From NCBI GenBank assembly GCA_009914755.4, contig CP068257.2, forward strand, positions 27,264,001 to 27,328,000: 64,000 bases of DNA, in the 5' to 3' direction. The translations under genes were made by a program, and so were the position numbers. Shown here piece by piece: positions 59,426 to 64,000 of this stretch; the first letter of the stretch is position 1, and each line of letters opens with the position of its first letter. The notes under the pieces were generated by a model. It saw nothing but the letters and a program-made list of their open reading frames with translations. It made no database searches and had not been told where the DNA came from. Source of the stretch: the human T2T-CHM13v2.0 reference genome, Homo sapiens.

Positions 59426-60319
59426 CTAAAACCATAAAATTAAAGCAAAGATTAACAGCAAGATCAAATACTCTCTCTGTCCAAAATATTACTTGTACCA
59501 TATTACTATCCCTTCGTTATCATGGCTCCAATTCTATCCCCCCTCCTCCTCCTCCTGAAGTTCTAGGAAGACTGGTATCCTCCCTGTTCCCCATTAAGCC
59601 TGTATGATGTTCACTTCCACGCTTTGCTGTTACCTTCCCAGCCATAAATATTCCCCCACCCCCCCCTTTTTTTTTTAACTTAAAATCCCATCCATTCTTT
59701 GAAAATCAGTACAAATCCCACCTACTTTATGGAGTCTCCCCATCCACTCCAGCCCACAATGATCACTGCTTTTCTCTGAATTTCTAAAGCACTTACTGGA
59801 TTGTATAATTATTTAAATGTTTCATCTGTGTATATCTTGTCTTTCCAATGAGATTGTAAGTTCCTTGAGAGTAGAGACTGTCTTAAACTTCTTTGATACC
59901 TGCTATCAACACTGTAGATATGTTCAATGAATAATGAATAAACTTTGAAGATAGATTTATAAATGCTCTATAAATTTTTGTTCATTAATTTTGCTAAAAT
60001 TAAAGAACAATTAGTGTATAATAATGGTAAATTACTTCAATATGAACAATGGGATTTATTTCCCCAAATTCTCTGATATAGAGTTACTAGGGCCAGATAT
60101 CTGACAGCAACTTATTTTCATGAGGTGGGGAAGCAAGAAAAAAAAAAGCTGTAAATCCACCCCTAAAGCATGCTGATCCATGTTCCCAGAGCTTCTTTTG
60201 CTTTAAGGGCTGAGAAGTAAGGAATTTGCAACTTGGTTCATTTCAAAGCAATCTGGAAGAAAAAAAAAAATCCAAGTGCAGATTGGGTAGTGCTTGGAAA
60301 ACTTTATCCTTTTATTTAA

Positions 60320-60440
60320 AAATTGTAGGTAACCAGAGCTTATATTTTAGTCCAAGCTTTATCACTAACTAGCCTATGACCTTGGACAAATCTTTTAATC
60401 AGCGTGGGCCTATCTCCTAATTTGAAAGTTGGAAAGATTA
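60320..60440. mobile_element. MIR-like SINE fragment
   Basis: ttatcactaactagcctatgaccttggacaaatcttttaatcagcgtgggcctatctcctaatttgaaagttggaaagattaacttag resembles the MIR core (ctgtgtgaccttgggcaagtcacttaacctctctgagcctcagtttcc). Confidence 0.4.
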
Positions 60441-60523
60441 ACTTAGAAAATCTCTAAGGTCCTTTTCTGGTTCCAAAACTCAAATCTGTTTTTTAATTGA
60501 TGGTTTTTTTAAAAGATGACTTT

Positions 60524-60749
<226 letters not shown>

Positions 60750-60947
60750 TTAAGACTCTGCTCATAAAGTATTAAGGTTCCATAAAACAAGAAAAACTAC
60801 TTTAGAGTTTAGATGGCTGTGATACCTGTTTTCCCAGTGTAGTTTGCCAAGTAAAACCAATCTATTCTGCAGAATCCTGGTAAACAAAATAAACTTCTGA
60901 ATAAAATGCCTCTCGAGTTAGCAAGATAAGAAATTCAACATAATGTA

Positions 60948-63318
60948 CAGGCATACCTTGTTTTATTGGGCTTAATATTTACTGGGCTTTGTAAATGCTG
61001 CAATTTTAAAAATTGAAGATTTGTGGCAACCCTGCATTGAGCAAGTTTATTGGCACCATTTTACAACAATATATGCTCATTTTGTGTCTCTGTGTCACAT
61101 TTTGGTAATTCTCACAATATTTCAAACTTTTTCATTATTATGTCTGTTATAGTGATCTGCAATCAGTGACTTTTGATGTTACGATTGTAATGTTTGGGGG
61201 TGCCACAAACCATTGCCATATAAGAGGGCAAACTTAATCAACAAATATTGTGTGTGTGTTCTGACTGCCCCGCTGACCGACCATTCCCTAATCTCTCTTC
61301 TCTGTCCTTAGGCATCCCTATTCCCTTAGACACAACAATGCTGAAATTGGGCCAGTTAATTACACTACAATGGCCTCTAAATGTTCAAGTGGAAGGAAGA
61401 GTCACACATCTCTCTAAAACAAAAGCTGGAAATGATGAAGCTTAGCAAGGAAGGCATGTTGAAAGCCAAGACAGGTGGAAAACTAGGCCTCTTGTGCCAA
61501 ACAGCCAAGTTGTGAATGCAAAGGAAAAGTTATTGAAGGAAATTAAAAGTGCCACTCCTGTGAGCCCAAGAGTAACAGAAAGTGACATAGACTTACTGCT
61601 GATATGGACAAAGTTTTAGTGGTCCAGACAGAAGATCAAACGAGCCACAACATTCCCTTAATCCAAAACCGAATCCAGAGCAAGGCCCTAATTCTCTTTA
61701 ATTCTATGAAGGCTGAGAGGTGAGGAAGCTGCACAAGAAAAGACTGACGCTAGCAAAGGGTGGTTCATGAGGTTTAAAAGAAGAAACCATCTCCACAATA
61801 CAAAAGTACAAGGTGAAGCAGCAAGTGCTGATGTAGAAGCTGCAGCATGTTATACAGAAGATCTAGCTAAGATCAATAATGAAGGTGGCTACACTAAACA
61901 GATTTTCAGTGGAGGTAAAACAGTCACATATTAGAAGAAGATGTCATCTAAGACTCTCATAGCTAGCAAGAAGTCAATGCCTGGCTTCCAAGTTTCAAAG
62001 GACTGGCTGACTCTCGTTAGGGGCTAATATAGCTGGTAACTTTAAGTTGAAGCCAATGCTCATTTCTCATTTTAAAAATCCCAGGGTTCTTAACCTTATG
62101 CTAAATCTACTTTGCCTGTGCTCTATAAGTGGAATAACAAGGACTAAATTACAGCACGTTTATAGCGTGGTTTATTCAATATCTTAAGCCCACTGTTGGA
62201 AAAACGAAGGAAAAAAAGAAAAAAATTCTACAATAAGTAGAAATATTACTACTCATTGACAATGCACCTGGGTAACCCAAGACCTCTGATGGAGATGTAC
62301 AAGGAAATTAATGTTGTTTTCATGCCTGCTAACACAACATCCATTCTGCAGCCCATGAATCAGAGTAATTTTAACTTTCAAATCTTAATATTTAAGAAAT
62401 ACATTTCATTAAGCTATAGCAGCCATAGACAGTGATTCCTCTGATGGATCTGGGCAAAGTCCACTGAAAACCTTCTGGAAAAAACTCACCATTTTAGATG
62501 CCATTAAGACATTCATGAACCATGGGAAAAGGCTAAAATAGCAACATTAATAGGAGTTGAGAAGCTGATTCCAACCCTCATGGATGACTTTGAGAGGTTC
62601 AAGACTTTAGTGTAGGAAGCAACTGCAGATGTGGAGGAAAGAGGCAAAGAACTAGAATGAGACATGAAGCCTCAAGATGTGACTGAAATGCTGCAATATC
62701 ATAATAAAATGTGGATGGATGAGGAGTTCCTTCTTACAGATAAGAAAGTGGTTTCTTGAGGTGGAATCTACTCCTGGTGAAATGCCGTGAACATTGTTGA
62801 CATGACCACAAAGGATTTATAATATTACATAAACTTAGATGATACAGCAGTGGCAGGGTTTGAAAGGATTGACTCCAATTTTGAAAGAAGTTCTTCTTTG
62901 GGTAAAATGCTATCAAACAGCATCATATGCTACAGAGAAATCTTTCATGAAAGGAAGAGTCAATCAATGCAGCAAACTGCACTATTGTCCTTATTTTAAG
63001 AAATTGTCACAGCCACTCCAGCCTTCAGATACCACCACCCTGGTCAGTCAGCAGCCATGAACATTGAGGCAAGACTCTCCATCAGCAAAATGATTACAAC
63101 TCGCTGAAGGCTGAGATGATCATTAGCACTGTTTAGCAATAAATTAATTTTAAATTAAGATATGTACATTGGTTTTCAGATATAATGTTATTGCACACTT
63201 AATAGACTGTAGTGTACACATAACTTTTATATGCACTGGCAATCCAAAATACTTGTGTAACTTGCTTTATTGCTGTGGTGTGGAACTGAACTTACGATGT
63301 CTCTGAGATATGCCAGTA
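60948..63318 (+). mobile_element. Tigger1 (pogo/Tc1-mariner-like) DNA transposon, near full length, with a degenerate CENP-B/pogo-type transposase reading frame and a TA target duplication; lies in the LTN1 intron or upstream region
   Basis: 5' end caggcataccttgttttattgggcttaatatttactgggctttgtaaatgctgcaattttaaaaattgaagatttgtggcaaccctgcattgagcaagtttattggcaccatttt; internal ...ctacaatggcctctaaatgttcaagtggaaggaagagtcacac...gattttcagtggaggtaaaacag...attgacaatgcacctgggtaacccaagacctctgatggagatgtacaaggaaattaatgttgttttcatgcctgctaacacaacatccattctgcagcccatg...; 3' end ...gaacttacgatgtctctgagatatgccag; TA on both flanks. Confidence 0.75.
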
Positions 63319-64000
63319 TGAACATATCTAATGAAAGAAGCTGCCTAGCTGTAAGGAGATGAGGAGGCTAGTGAGTCATGGAAGCGCAGGCAGCAAACAC
63401 TGGCTAGGAACTTCCAATCACTGCTCAGGAAGAGGATTTTCTTCCACACAGATGTGAGTATTTGCACTTCACGGCAGGTACATTCCTAAGTTGGAAATGG
63501 ATACATTAGTCTACTCTTATCAAATTATTTGCACCCCCTGCTCTGAATCAAGGCTTATCAAGGAGCTTTCTGATAATTTAGCTCTTCATGTAACTTGGCT
63601 ACAGGGAGAGAAGGCACTAGATAAACTAAGGCAAATAGTGTGCCTGATAAGTCATATTCCTCATTGAAAAATAATAAATATTCTGTATTTATTTTGTAAA
63701 AATAAAACTATGGGGAAAATGGGGAGTTACTGTTTAATGGATACAGGGTTTCAGTTTTGCAAGATGAATTAAGTTATGGAAACTGCACAACGATGTAAAT
63801 ATACTTGATGCTACTGAACTGTACATTTAGAAATGGTTAAGATGGTAAATTTCATGCTATGTGTTTTTTTTACTACAATTTAAAAAATAGAAAAAAACTT
63901 GCAAATTCAAGAGTTAGCTATGAAAACAGAAAAATAATTTGAAAATGCTTTAAAAAGGAGTAAGAATTTCAGGTAGCTAGTCATAACATCTCTACAGTTG

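Noticed and set aside
61248-63060. Several 60-75 aa ORFs inside 60948-63318 (61248-61445+, 62734-62916-, 62839-63060+)
   Set aside because: They are fragments of the decayed Tigger1 transposase frame, interrupted by stops. Not an intact gene.

Overview
This window is human (primate) genomic DNA, dense in Alu SINEs, L1 fragments, MaLR/THE1 LTRs, MIRs and a Tigger1 DNA transposon; nothing is prokaryotic. Most 'ORFs' in the supplied track are Alu or L1 read-through and are not called. Two gene-level features stand out. (1) Positions ~29150-59425 on the minus strand hold the 3' half of LTN1 (listerin, the RQC E3 ubiquitin ligase). I reconstructed 19 consecutive coding exons by hand from splice sites and phase continuity. 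They end in the C-terminal RING-type domain ...[52 protein letters not shown]. (2) Positions ~461-2470 on the minus strand hold an intronless, disabled copy of THUMPD1, a processed pseudogene split by an Alu and by an HERV9 LTR12 fragment that carries tandem CCAAT-box repeats. The first ~29 kb is otherwise a gene-poor, repeat-rich intergenic stretch; the N6AMT1-LTN1 interval on chr21q21 is my guess for its location. Structural observations beyond the gene models are: a local inverted micro-duplication flanking an Alu (~10.4-11.4 kb), two perfectly identical tandem duplications (114 bp x2 at 22083-22310; 44 bp x~3 at 16447-16575), a GC-AG intron in LTN1, a (GT)n tract 54 nt into the last LTN1 intron, and several young Alu insertions with intact target-site duplications. 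I see no evidence of a novel biological system beyond these.
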